A DNA stretch of 64,000 nucleotides, from contig OZ038378.1 in the NCBI GenBank assembly GCA_964036045.1, positions 163,246,001-163,310,000 of the forward strand. Direction: 5' to 3'. The notes below the pieces were generated by a model. That model was given only the letters and a program-made list of their open reading frames with translations. It searched no databases and had not been told where the DNA came from. This stretch comes from Eutreptiella sp. 'Long Island Sound 2002'. Its lineage: Eukaryota > Protista > Euglenida. Positions 39,948-52,015 of this stretch are shown one piece after another. The first letter of the stretch is position 1. Every line of letters begins with the position of its first letter. The position numbers and the translations under genes were made by a program.

Positions 39948-40349
39948 GCTATTGCCTTATTATGCAACGTGCTTTGTAGGGAAGGTGTGCAGTCACACAT
40001 GGTCGACTTGGGGGGCTTCTCCAGGAGAGGGTAAATCTGGGGCTGAAGTCGGGATAGTTAATAGAAAAGTAGTGCGCCAGGCGCGTGCCGGGCAAACATT
40101 CCCCCCTTGGTCGTCCACCCGTTGGGTTGGGGTTGGAGGGGGGCGGGTTCAGCAAATGGCGAGAGGTAGGGTGCCCACTCACCTAACCCCAAACGCCGGG
40201 GGAATCATTTCTTTTTTACTGCGGGAGAGTGTGACGGTTGCCCGTCTGCTCACAAGTGCTGCTTCTGCCCCGGGGTGTCCCTCCCATGCTGGTGCCAGTG
40301 TGGTCGACTTCACTGGGGACGCCACAGTCTTGCAATCACTACATGGGTA

Positions 40350-42950
40350 TCAGAGTACCCCCCCGCCCTCTTGTCCTTCCCCACCCCAAGGAAGACGGTC
40401 CCCCATCACCTCCTGGGGGACGGTTGCCAAGTGACGGTCCCCCACCGCCCCCTGGGTAACTGCACTACCACCGTACACGAACAGACGCACGTCGTGCAAG
40501 ACGGTCTTCCCATCGTGCTCATAAGTAATGCGGCGATATGCATCACCGTGCTCCGAACAACTTGCGCCAACATAAGCTCCCCCGTGGAGCGGATGAACAT
40601 TGCATTTGTCGCAAGGGGGAAACAGGTTTGTGCTGTCAAGTTCTAGTGCAGCGAAAGTGAGCAAAATGTCCTGCCATGAGTACCGCTCGCGCTGGGGGAT
40701 GGCCTCCAGCTGCTGCCGGCCGTCCAGGTGGAACCTCCACGTCGCCGTCCAGTCCCTGGTGTGCGGCCAGCGGCGCCGCGCCCACCGCCAGAGGCAGTAG
40801 AGGGCATGGCCTGGGTGCCAGGTGCCGGCTGCCCCCGACACGATGGCCGTTAGGGGGTCCAGGGGCTGGCTGTTGGGCAGGGGGGTGGGGGTGTCCGGCA
40901 GGGCTGTGTTCGCTGGGAGCATGGAGTCGACGGCCTCCAGGCTCCAGTGGCTCTCCTGTGGGTGCGGGGTGATCCGCACTTGGTAGTAGTGGCCACTTTC
41001 CAACACGATCATGGCGATGGTGCTGGGGTCACGTTCGCGTGGCGGGGGCACTGCGCGTGCCGTCTCCGGGTACCGCTCCACCATGCCCGTGAGGTTACGC
41101 CCCCTGTCGCGGGCTGTCCTGCTTTCCCATTCCGCCAGGCCTTCGTACGGTGGGATGCGGAGGGTTTCGGCTCTCGGTGGCGGGGCGGCCCGCTCCCGGC
41201 CCCCGGTGCTGGGCGCGGGCCTGGGGTCCGTCGGTGGCGCTATGAGCGTGTGTGCCCAGCCCAGGTGTGGGACCCATATGCCTCCCTGGTCCGGCTGGTG
41301 GGTGTTGAACCACCAGATCCACGCGTCAACAAGGTCGTCCGTGATCTGTGTCCCGGGGGTGACGAGCGCCTGGAGCTGCCGCACAAAGACTTCGGTTGTT
41401 GCGGCGTGTGGCAGGGGGACCACGGCGAAGAGCTTGCTCGGGTCAACGTCCTAGAGGTGTTCCCGGAGGGCTGGCACTAGCTCGCTCGAGGGTGCGGTGG
41501 CGTGGATGCCGTAGAGCGCCCTCAGTTCAGCGTCGTCGAAGGGACCCGTGTTCCTCCGTTGCGGTGGTCGGGGGGGTGGGGGGGGCATGGTCTCCCGGTC
41601 CTGGTCCGGTGTGGCGCCAGTCGGGGAGGGGTGCCCTGGGGCGGTGCCGGGGTGTCCCCTAGGCACGTTCCCCGTGGAGGGCTCCCGTTGCTGGGGCATC
41701 GAACAGGCCGCGGCGGTGGGCAGTGAGTCACCTGACTCCTGAGGGCCTGAGGTCTCTGTCATTTCTGCGTCCGCTCCTGGGCCGCTTGTGTCGTGCTCCC
41801 GTTGTTGCGGTGCGTCCTCCGCGCCCCGGCGGTTTGGCCGTGTTGCTGCTGGGGTGGGGAACCCCGTGGTGTACAGGCCCAGTTGGTCGGGTGGCCGGTG
41901 CCCGTGTTCGGGACCGGTGTCATCGCGTCCCGCTTGCGGGGGGGGGGTGTTGGGAGGGTTGTCCTCCCACCCCTTGTGCAGACCGTTGGTCGGCCGCGGG
42001 TTCCCTTGGCCGTGTGTCCGTGGCGTGCTGTCCCCCCGGTAGCGGGCCGGCCGCCGACCCTGGGAGGGAGGTGGCGGATGAGTTGGACGCTCCGTCTGCT
42101 GCCCGGTGGGGGCCCGTGTGAAGCGCTGCCTGTCGCTCTCGCTCGGCTGGCGTGGGAATGGTGGGGATGTGCGCCCGTTCGGTGCGGGGCCTCTTGGACC
42201 GGCGTCGGGGATCGGTGGTAGATGATGTCCATTGGGCGTGGAGGTCGTTGGGACCTCCATGGCCTCTGTCCGTATCCTCGTGGAAGACGACTCGCCGTGC
42301 TGCGGGAGGCGGCGTGCGGCTGCGGCGCCGGGAGCGGCTAGGGTTCCTTGTCTCCTGGTGCTGCTCCGGCGTGCCGCCTTGCATCCCTGAGGTGTGAGGA
42401 CTGCCTTGGCCCCTCCGCGGGGCGAACGGTCGGAGGGGGCTTCTGTACGTGCCAGAGGGGGAACCCATTCCGGGTGGTGGCCCCCGTTGGCGTTTTGGGG
42501 AGTTACGGCGCGCCGCCTGCCTTGGGGGCTCCGGGACGTCTTGGGACCGCGGCCGCCGGTGGCCTGAGGCGTGCCCTTGGTAGCCCGGGGATCCAGGGAT
42601 GTCCCAGATGTTGTGCCTTTGCATGGCCGCACGGATGCGCAGGGCTGCGCGCTGGTGCCATTGCCAGTGTAGTCCGTTCATTTCGTCCGGGCTGTAGGCC
42701 CCCATATGCGCCATGAGCCGGGTGGCCACATAGTGCCATTGGCCGGGGTGGTCCATGGTGGCGGGGGGCGTGTGCCCCGTCCGATGGCCGAAGGTGATGT
42801 CTGCCATGGTGTGGGTTCCCTCCCCGAGGTGGCGGGACCGCGAAGTAAGCAGCCATCGGAGGAGTACAGGAGATACAAGTGGCAGTGCCCCACCACACAG
42901 TCACCCACACAACAACACAGGGAGCCGCAACGAAAAATTTTGGGTTGACC
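40350..42950 (-). mobile_element. Disrupted GC-rich TE-like ORF: long Pro/Arg/Thr-rich region followed by an Ulp1/C48-like peptidase domain
   Basis: A frameshift and a stop (41451) link ORFs 41920-42807, 41451-42632 and 40350-41423. Motifs ITDDLVDAWIWWFN, AMIVLESGHYYQVRI and LEAVDSM resemble the Ulp1 N-terminal, His and Asp motifs. The catalytic Cys motif was not found. Confidence 0.5.
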
Positions 42951-44959
42951 AAGTGACGCCCCCCCCAGCCCCCTGTGTAACATTCTGTCTGGTTGTTGCT
43001 CCTTTACAGGCCTGGACAGTCACCCGTTCTTCCCTTCGCATGTTGCGTCGGGTTGCTGCTTTCTGTCGGCCGCTTGCTGGTATGCCATCCGCTCCATTTC
43101 GGTTCCCTGTTCCTGCTATTCTGTTTGCCTCTCCTCCTTGCTGTGCCCCTCCTCCCTGTTCGCCTGTCCCTGTCTGCCCTGCTCGCCCTTGTCCCTCCTG
43201 GTGTGGCTCCCGCGTTCTGTGTGTATGTGTTGCTCCTCCCCCTGTCTGTTGGCGCTCCTGGGTGCCACTGTCACGCACTCCCTCCTGTCCCACCTGCCTA
43301 CCCCCCCGTACGAGGGTTTCACATCTCTGTACGACGTGGACTGTCCCGTGCGCGGCTGGCTGGTCACGGCCCTGTTGCCACCCCGTGGCGGGCACCTTCC
43401 GGCGCGCGGGGCGCAGCTCCTGCCCTTGTGGAGTATGTGGGCACCTTGTAGAGGGAGGGGGGGGGGGTGTTTGCCGATGGCTCTCTTGGCGTGCGCCGCA
43501 TTTGGTGTTTAGGGTGTACCGTGTCTCCGTGCCCCCCCCCCCCCCCCGCTGCTTCTGCACCGGCATCTACTGATACCCTGCCATTGCCATCCCTCCCTAT
43601 TCGCAAACACAACTCGTGTTTCTCTCTCATACTGCACTGGTGTTCTCGGGTAGGCCTGGGTGCGCCGCTGCCACCACACTACCACCACATGCCCCAGCCC
43701 GTTTGCCCAGTTGACCTTGTGTATCCTGTTGGGGCTCGTCTCACTGCCGTGTGTGGGGCGGCCATGTGCCCAGTTGCTTTGCCGCTTGCGCTCATTGCTG
43801 TTGGTGTGCGGCGCCGGGGGGGCAGCATGTCGCTCCTTGCATCCCCTTGTGGTTGTCGCGTTGTCCCACTTGCAGTTGGGTGGTACCAAGGGCACCGCGC
43901 ACTTTTGCACATGTCTCCAAATCTACAAACTGACCGGTCACTGGTGTTTGTTGGGGTTGTTCTGGGGTGAATGTGGTGCATTCTTGCACTTTCACTTTCT
44001 GGGCTGCTGAGGGGCTCCCCGTTTGAGGACTTCACTCCGGCCTATCCATGCCTCGGAGCTAGGGACTCGTGTGAGTCCACCCCTTGGTTGGTCATGTTCT
44101 CCTCCCGGTGTGGTCGGGATGGTGATGGCTCCCGGGAGTGCATCAGGGAAGAATCCCTTCTATGTTGTCTGTAGGTGTGGCCTTGGTTGTTGCGTGTGTG
44201 GTGGGCGCCATGTTGGCGTTGGGGCGTTGGGTCGTGGGCCCTTGGTGATGCTCCACGCGTGTGCCTTGTTTGTGGGCGGCGGTGGCTGTGTGTGGGTGAA
44301 GTGCCCGTGTGGTGGGTTTGGCCCCCACCCTGGGTGTTGGGTGTTGGGCTGGTGTTGGTGCTCGCGGCGGGTGATGTGGCTGTCCGCCGCTGTTGTTGCG
44401 GTACACTACTTTGCTTTGCTTTGTTGTACTGTGTGCTGCATGTTGTCGTGTGCTGGCGCGTTTCATTGTGTGCCTCTGCCGGCTTTGGGCTTGGGTCTGC
44501 TGCGTTGCGTTGTGTGCTACGCTGCCTCCGGGGAAGGACAAGGGGTGGGGAAAGACAAGGGGGGGGGGTAATGCATCCTAGACAAGAGCTCACAAACGAT
44601 GTTGGACAATATTATTTTAACCATGAGACATTGTAATGTGATTCTACCTACTCAACATGACTCCTTTGTAACAAATTTCTAAGTTTAACAATGTAGTACA
44701 ATTATTAGTCATTGGCATAGTTATCGGTCAGTTTACCTTATGTGGTTGACAAATGGTTGATACATAGTTGACAAATTGACAAATCAGTGACAGTTGGCTG
44801 ACAGCTGGTTGACATGTGGGTGACGAGTGACTTGACCAATGGTTGACCAATGGTTCACATGTGATTGACAGGTTGGTAAGATTTGGGGGTTTGTTTTGTC
44901 GGGTTTGGAATCTTTCTGTGTGACATGTCGGAGGGTGGTTTTAGTAAAGTTGTTTAAAA

Positions 44960-45330
44960 TGCTTAGATTTGGGCACTGTCTGAGTTTATCCCCGTGCTAA
45001 ACTCTAAAGACCCCCAAGAGACAGGAGTTCTGTCGCCATCTGGTCTAGATTTGGGCCATTTCTGATTTTACCCCTTTGCTAAGCACTGGGGACCACAAAA
45101 AAAAGCAGAGGTTATGGCCCAAATTCAGGCTAAATTCAATTTCTTCCTCGTGCTGAGCATTCATTAAATTCCCCTAAGAAGACAAGGTTCTGTAGCCACC
45201 TAGCCCAGATTTGGGGCATTTCGGATTCCTCTCCATGCTGGCATTGTGGATGGCATTGAGAAGCTAACGGTTATATCGCGACTTGGCCCAAATTTGGGTC
45301 ATTTCTGACTTTTTCTCCATGCTGCACAAT
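44960..45330. repeat. Degenerate ~80-bp tandem repeat (about 5 units)
   Basis: Recurrent (A)GATTTGGG.CATTTC.GA.TTT at ~44965, 45047, 45120, 45208 and 45290. Confidence 0.6.
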
Positions 45331-45900
45331 GGGGGGCTCTGAGAAGGCAAAATTTATGTGACCATCTGTCCCAGATATGTTTTGCAGTGCGCAAAATCAC
45401 CACCAAAAGTGGTGCAAAGTGCCAATTGCGTCATGGTCGTATTGTGGCTGCACAAAGCGACCACTAGGGTGCACTGGGTGCCTAGAAACAAACAAAATAT
45501 GCACTGGTTTACGTGTTTTGGTGCCATGTGTCTGCTGTCCAATTAAATGTGGGCACAAAATGTGGCAGGGTCGTCCAACCGGTTGAGTGGTTCGGGGGGG
45601 GGGGGGATTGTGTGTGTGGGGGGGTGCTCTGTGCTATTAACGAGGGTTGATGGCTTTTAATGTCCTGGCCGCTCTTGCGCTTGTGCTATTAACGAGGGAG
45701 ACCCATGTTTGACTGCTTGCTGAGATTGGCTTACCGAAGTGAGTGTGAGACGTGAGTGTGTACCTTATTGGACTGCCTGTTCTTTGCGGTCAAAAAGTCA
45801 AAACCTCTGTGCCGACATACTTATGTTATTTCCGTAGAAGCTCTCCCGTGCTCTGCACCAAACACAAGTCAGCTGACATGCTCTGGCTCTCCCTCTCCCA

Positions 45901-46860
45901 TCATCTCGCAGGGCCGCGGGGTGGGGGGGGAGGGGGGGCATGGTGACTTGGGTCTCCGTCGCTTTGGGGCGGGCGGTGTGGCTGGTATGTGCGGGAGCGC
46001 GCATGCTCCATGTGTGTGCGTGCGGGGCTGCGGGCGGTGCGCAGCCGCTTAGCTGGTCGCGTGTCCGGTGCGGCTGGCCGCTTGCGCACCGGCGTGTGTA
46101 CTTTGCGGTGCCCTCTGGCGCAGCAGTTTCGGACCCCCCTTTGCATTCTGGCGCATCTAGCGCAGGCCGGCAATCCATGCTGGCGGCACGTGACTGACAG
46201 GGGTAGCCTGTCCACATATCTTGGTCGGTGATGTCCGAGGGCACAGCACGCGTCCCCCGACTTGCGCAGGCGCTTGCATGTGATGCACGGCGCGCGCTGG
46301 TGTGTGTTGCACAGGTCGAGAGCCCGTGCGCATGTATGTGGTGCGGGCACTGCCACACATGCTTGTGGCGCCGGCGGAGCTGCGAGCTTGCGTTGCCTGG
46401 TGGTCTGGTAAGGTGCCTGCGGGCCTTTGCCCTGACCAATGACGGGGAAGAAATTTGCCGCGAAAGCCCCCCCCCCCCTTGGCGGTGGCTGAGGAGGAGG
46501 GCATAAGCCCGGTGTTTAACGCTCCCATGAGGGCCCGCTGAATCCGGGCTTCCTCCACTTCCGCTGGACTGCGCCTGTGTCTGTACACGTACGAGCGTGC
46601 CTTGTTCTGCCTGGAGTGTGCGCGCAGCGCCCAAGTTTCTTCGTAGTATTGACTGAGCTTAGCAATATGCCCCACCATGGCCTGTCTGGACACGAAATAT
46701 GGGCGTCGGCTGAGACCGCTTTGCTGAGGCCCCCCCCAGCGGGACCAATGAATTCGCCCTGGTGATTACTTTAGCGGGGTGCAGGGCGCGTAACCAACTT
46801 CTGCATCGTGCATAACGCCAGCCTGAGAACCCTGGCGCGCTCTTGCAGCGGCAGTGCCGT
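45901..46860 (-). mobile_element. 5'-truncated ORF remnant ending in two tandem Cys/His motifs
   Basis: Coding-like frames are joined across a G-run frameshift (~46465). Two copies of C-x2-H-x4-C-x2-C-x9-CC-x2-GH at 46108-46311. TE origin is inferred from context. Confidence 0.4.
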
Positions 46861-49066
46861 CCCTCTGTATTTAGCCTGTGTGTGTGGGGGGGGGGGGGTG
46901 TAAATTGGGAGGTTTTTCGCTAAGGAACGGGATGGGGGTTGTTAAGAATTGGATTTTTTTGTTGGTAAACCTTTTGGTTGGAGGGATTTCAGGTAATATT
47001 GGGTGGTGTTTTGGTTAGATTTGGGAAGTTTTTGTTAAACTATGGTATCCAATGTCGGGGGGGGGGGTCAGGCAAATCCCGGGGGGTAAGAATTGGGGGG
47101 GTATGTTGGGGACAAAAACAGGGAGCGGCGTTTGGTACAAAAATTCAGACGGGGGGGGTGTTGTTGGTACGCACCACACCACTTGCATGAAAATGATATT
47201 CAACACTTGTATTGCAAGGTTTCCTCTCCTTGAGAACAAGCTGAAAAACAGTCACTAGGGGGTGAACCAGCCCAAAGGGGATTGGTAGTCAGTACTGATT
47301 GAATGAATGCCCCCGCCATAGGCAATTTCAGCCCTGAGTTCAATCACACAAACATGGCTCATGGTAGATTTCCTGCTCGTTGGGGTATGGAAAAAAAGGA
47401 AGTAGGACACAGTGCACACAACTCTCAACAACAAGAGCTGTTCCATTCTCCCAGTTATGTGACAGAACCTTGAGTCTGTCTCAGCACCAACCACTTGAGA
47501 TGTGAAACACCAAAGTAGCGATTACCTTTGTCACCTTACAGGTCAGAGATCAACAGAGAGCAATCCTCATTGGGACACTCATTCTGTGTAGGTTACGGTT
47601 ACTCAGCAGGGCAATCGCAGATGTGCACATTACCACAACTATCAATTGGCCGAAGGGTACTACATCTAGTGCAATGCAGCACAAAAATCGATAACGGACT
47701 GTCAGCTTGAATGATTTTCCGTCAAAGATTGGTCAATTGGGAGAGAAAGTTGCAGGTTAAACTGGAATACATGTTCTGAGGAGATCCTGGGCCTGCCTGT
47801 GTCACACAGCACCCCTGAAACCATTTGTAGCCTATGTTGAGCACGGGGGTGCATGCAGAAAAGATGTGACATTCCATCCCCTCGTCACAAACTTACTTAG
47901 CATCTGCATGTACCTTTCTTCAATGCCTAAGGCACACTGTGTCTAAATCCTGCTGTAAATTCTTCAAATAAACACTGCTCAACGCCATAAGATGTGTGGT
48001 GTGGTTGCAAAATCTGACAAAACCCAGCACATTGATTTCACAACATAAAACAAAGGGCGAGCCAGGCAGGAGCTAACCTGCCACAAGACAGATCACTCCG
48101 GAAAGAGCACACCATATTCCACCACCATGCTACGGTCACATGCACACATTCAATATGGAAATGCTTTCATGTGATGGCGAAGCGAAACGTCAGGTGGGAT
48201 CGCGCCAAACCTGTTTACTGCAGCTGAGTAGAAACAAATGAGCACAGTGGCCAACTTTTGTACACAAACGATCTGGCCTAAGATCTGTCTGGTCTCCTGA
48301 AAAGGCGTTTCGGAACAAGGGACAACTTCCTAAAACAAAAAATGCCTATACTTTGGCAAGAAACTCAACACCCAGCTCGATTGTTCTTTGGTGTTTGAAG
48401 AGATGTCACAGGGAATTTTAAGCCGTTGTCTGCATAATACACAACTCTCCTCCACAGTGACTTGTCTGAGCCGTAGCCTCAGGCAGGCGATGGCAGCTGC
48501 TATCGCTGGGCTATTGTTGCAAAGATATCTTTGGGTTTCAACCTCTGAGTCATTACGGTGGAGATGAAACAGAAAGAATGTGAGTGTGATACTGCACAAC
48601 AATTTCAATGCTCCTACATGCAAACGCAGGCAGCAGCCATGCCTGGAGAACTGTGTACTGAATGGCCTGCAACTTTTGGCACAGTTCAAGATGGCTCCTG
48701 AATGTTGCCTGCAATCGAAGTGTGGCTTTTCAGGACAAAAGTGGGACTTAAGCCTGAGCTCGGACAGGTCACGCCAAAAAAAATTGATGGGCAATAACTA
48801 GAGGACAGTGGCAATGCACCCAGTCTGACGGCTTCTTCTGGGGCCACTGCTTTTGGACGCTTCATCGCTTCACCTTGCACACAATGCACTGGGATCACAC
48901 TTCAAAGGAACACTACAATCTGTATCGGAATGCACTAAGCAACAGGAAGTCCATCGGCTAAGCGACGGCAATTGTATGCCAACACACGGCTATTGAACTC
49001 AAACGTCTACGATAAAAACAAACTCCAGTCGACTAAACTTGTGCCTTGAATCACTCCTGTGCAGGA

Positions 49067-52015
49067 TCACCCTGATTTTTGCTGTGAAAAGGCGCTGCTG
49101 AGTGTGGATATCAGGGACGGGTCAGTCATCATGATCCCCATGGCCTGCTCACCACAAGAGGCATACAACAGCTGCAGCTTCTCTGCCATCAGCGGCTGGA
49201 CCTTTATATTCAAAACCACATCATTTTCTGACAGTTCCTGCCGTCGTGCTGCCTCGGGGGAGCCCAATGGAACGTCGTCATGGTTATGAGGACCGAAGTC
49301 CACCGTCCAATCGCCAGACTCGGCGGCTACACCCTCAAGAGCTGTGTGCAGGATCGGCACAAGGCGGGGTAACACCGTGTCGTCTGTCGGCCCTACAGGT
49401 AGGAGGGACAAGAGGGCAAGGCAGGACAGCTTACGTTGGTAATTCGTGGGCAAGCAGTCATGCAAATCGATCCACTTATCGAGGAATGTGGCCATGTGAG
49501 TGCCCACAAACTGCATGAACCAATTTTTGTTGGTAAGCAGGATGCGCAATAGTACACAAAGGAAATTCGCCATCACCAAATCCCCTTCTCTGCCCGTCAA
49601 CAGGTGCTGCATGACCGCTGCCAGTACTGACTGCATCGCTGCAGGACCATGCTCGGGAAACACGTTCAACAAGGTATCCAGAACATTGGTACACAGTACT
49701 TGTCCCGTGTCCCGAGTCTCCGTCAACAGTTTGCCAAGGAGATGGTTCAGCTGCTGCACATACCTCTGCAGGAAAGCACTCTTGCCCACAAGGATATAGC
49801 TATCCAGGATGCTTAGGGCTTGTGGCAACACTTCGGTGTCGTAATCCACTACAGCTGGGATGCTCTCGAAGCAGTCCAGAAGAGGATCCGACAACGACAC
49901 GGTGTACTGCAGCGTAGCCTGCCACAACTCAAGACCAGCTTCTAACAGGAACACTGCATCCTGATTCTGTAGGTTCGTAGTGTACACAATCATACGGATT
50001 ACCAGTTCGTGGACGTGCTGTGACTGCTCTCCCAAGCACTTCACAAATGCCGTCAGCGCTATCACCAAATAGGATTTTAGCCTGGTCTCGGTGCTGTCTG
50101 CTTCTGAGCAATGCTGTATGACTGCCCAAATGGAGCAAAATGCTTCCAGAATTTTGTCCACATATTGTGCCAGTGTTGTATCCATCTTCTCCATCAGCAG
50201 GATTACCATCGACACAAGACTCAGTCTCACATCAATGCATTTGGACTGCTGCAAGAACGACAGGACCTGCTGCATCAGGGTGGGCAGGAGGGGACTGAAG
50301 GCTTGGGGCTCGAATTGCGGGTCGTCGATTAGCCAAAACAAAGCCTTCATTGCAGTCAACCGGATCACAATATCTGCCCCCTGGGCTCCGCAGGCAGTAT
50401 CCAGCAGTAGAGTGTAGAATGGCAACCGCGGACTGGGGATCACTGCTGCCCACTGACCCAGAACCCACGCGGCACGGCGTCGCAGAATGCGATGCACCCC
50501 TGCCTGCTGAAGATTGGATACCACACAAGGGCCAAGCACGGTGTTGAAATCCAAGAATTTGGGAAGCGAATAGCACGCCAGTCCCACAGCCTGGTACACG
50601 CAATCCCAGTTCAACAAGCTCTGCATGTCCCCGAGGGGTTGGCTCATCACTTGTTGCTGGATTCTGACGATCAGCAAACAGACAGCCTCATTGTACTGCT
50701 CAAGCAAAGCTAGTAACACATTGTGGACTGTGTGCCGTACTGTCCACAGGTCTGCCCCGCTGCCCTCCATTTCTTCGCTTTCGTACACGTATTCTTCAGG
50801 GGAGGTGTCCCAGTCCTGCAACTCCGTCTGGGTCAGTGCCAAGAAATCTAGCACCAGCATCGAAACCAACTGCTGCAGGGCTTCCCCGTTGTTGCCTGCC
50901 AGGATGCCATCCAGAACTTGCTTGTACCGCTCACTGCAGTCCCGGGCGGACAGGCAGTGCTGCAGAAACTCCAGCATCAGCCGCAGGGGCATCACCAGGA
51001 CCGTCCTATGCACCGGGCTCTTCATCAGTTGCAGGGCCTGCAGCACATGCTTCAGGAACGGGACAAACGAGGGCAGCTCCGCAAAGGCATCGCTGTGCAC
51101 CTCCTGCATGTTGACAATCAGTTTCAGGTGCCGCTTCATGACCCGCGCCAACATCTCCACAACCGGATGCGGCTCCTGCCCCTCCGCCACACTGACCCCT
51201 GGCGTGCTGGTGGCCTGCAAATACAGCTCCTGCAGCTTCACCAGCACCTGAAAGCACTGCTCCAGAAACTGCACGCTCACGGGGCCGAAGTCCGCAGCAG
51301 GCGAACCATCCACCACGAGTCTCTGCATCACTTTTGTGGTCAGCAGGCACCACTGAGCCTTCTGTTCACCTGCGCTGTGTGGCTGCTGCGGGTTCCACTG
51401 TTGCAGCCATGTCAGCAGATCGTTACCATAGTACGCCCACATGCCCATGCACCCCTGTCGCATGCTGTTGGACAGCTCCAGGAAGTTCCGCTTTTGGGAT
51501 GGCAAAGTCATAGTCACCATTTCCTTAAGAATGTAGTGCAGCGCCAAGAGCGAGCGATTCTTTTGAATCTCAGTGCCCCTTTCCAGGAGCTCAATTAACG
51601 TCGGCTGCAGCTGCGGCCACTGCTGCGGGAAATCGCATCGCATGATCTTGCTGATCAGCAGGGCGAGCTGGACAGCAATCACTCTGTTTTCCTCATCCAA
51701 CAATCGGAGGACCCCGGCCCTAAGCCAACTCTTCTCTTCGTTGTTGTCATGCAAAGGGGTGGCATCACTCTCAATCCGCGCCCGCTTCTTCCAGTGCCTG
51801 GCAACGAAGTTTTTGAAAGATATCATGGCCACGAGGCGCGTGTTGTTGTCCAGGGAGCGGTCCTCCAAGACTTCAAGCAGCAGGCGACAGTAATTGGGAT
51901 GGCGCTCCACTTCACGGAGAGTGTCCAGGGCATTGGAGCGTTCAATGTCGGGAAGGTGCTGCGTGATTTGGCTGCGAAGCAAAGATATCAGCTTTTCTTT
52001 GTCGTAGGCGGACAT
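49067..52015 (-). CDS. IPO11: Importin-11-like karyopherin-beta (982 aa, single exon)
   Basis: Uninterrupted ORF. IBN_N-like RLVAMISFKNFVARHWKK..EEKSWLRAGVL..EENRVIAVQLALLISKIMRCDFPQQWPQL; SPEEYV; ILRRRAAWVLGQW; LLEAGLELW. These match importin-11 by recollection. Confidence 0.88.
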   Translation of the reverse strand: MSAYDKEKLISLLRSQITQHLPDIERSNALDTLREVERHPNYCRLLLEVLEDRSLDNNTRLVAMISFKNFVARHWKKRARIESDATPLHDNNEEKSWLRAGVLRLLDEENRVIAVQLALLISKIMRCDFPQQWPQLQPTLIELLERGTEIQKNRSLLALHYILKEMVTMTLPSQKRNFLELSNSMRQGCMGMWAYYGNDLLTWLQQWNPQQPHSAGEQKAQWCLLTTKVMQRLVVDGSPAADFGPVSVQFLEQCFQVLVKLQELYLQATSTPGVSVAEGQEPHPVVEMLARVMKRHLKLIVNMQEVHSDAFAELPSFVPFLKHVLQALQLMKSPVHRTVLVMPLRLMLEFLQHCLSARDCSERYKQVLDGILAGNNGEALQQLVSMLVLDFLALTQTELQDWDTSPEEYVYESEEMEGSGADLWTVRHTVHNVLLALLEQYNEAVCLLIVRIQQQVMSQPLGDMQSLLNWDCVYQAVGLACYSLPKFLDFNTVLGPCVVSNLQQAGVHRILRRRAAWVLGQWAAVIPSPRLPFYTLLLDTACGAQGADIVIRLTAMKALFWLIDDPQFEPQAFSPLLPTLMQQVLSFLQQSKCIDVRLSLVSMVILLMEKMDTTLAQYVDKILEAFCSIWAVIQHCSEADSTETRLKSYLVIALTAFVKCLGEQSQHVHELVIRMIVYTTNLQNQDAVFLLEAGLELWQATLQYTVSLSDPLLDCFESIPAVVDYDTEVLPQALSILDSYILVGKSAFLQRYVQQLNHLLGKLLTETRDTGQVLCTNVLDTLLNVFPEHGPAAMQSVLAAVMQHLLTGREGDLVMANFLCVLLRILLTNKNWFMQFVGTHMATFLDKWIDLHDCLPTNYQRKLSCLALLSLLPVGPTDDTVLPRLVPILHTALEGVAAESGDWTVDFGPHNHDDVPLGSPEAARRQELSENDVVLNIKVQPLMAEKLQLLYASCGEQAMGIMMTDPSLISTLSSAFSQQKSG

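Noticed and set aside
47300-48800. Possible KDZ-type transposase remnants downstream of importin
   Set aside because: Only scattered 3-4 residue resemblances among many stops; not supportable by eye.
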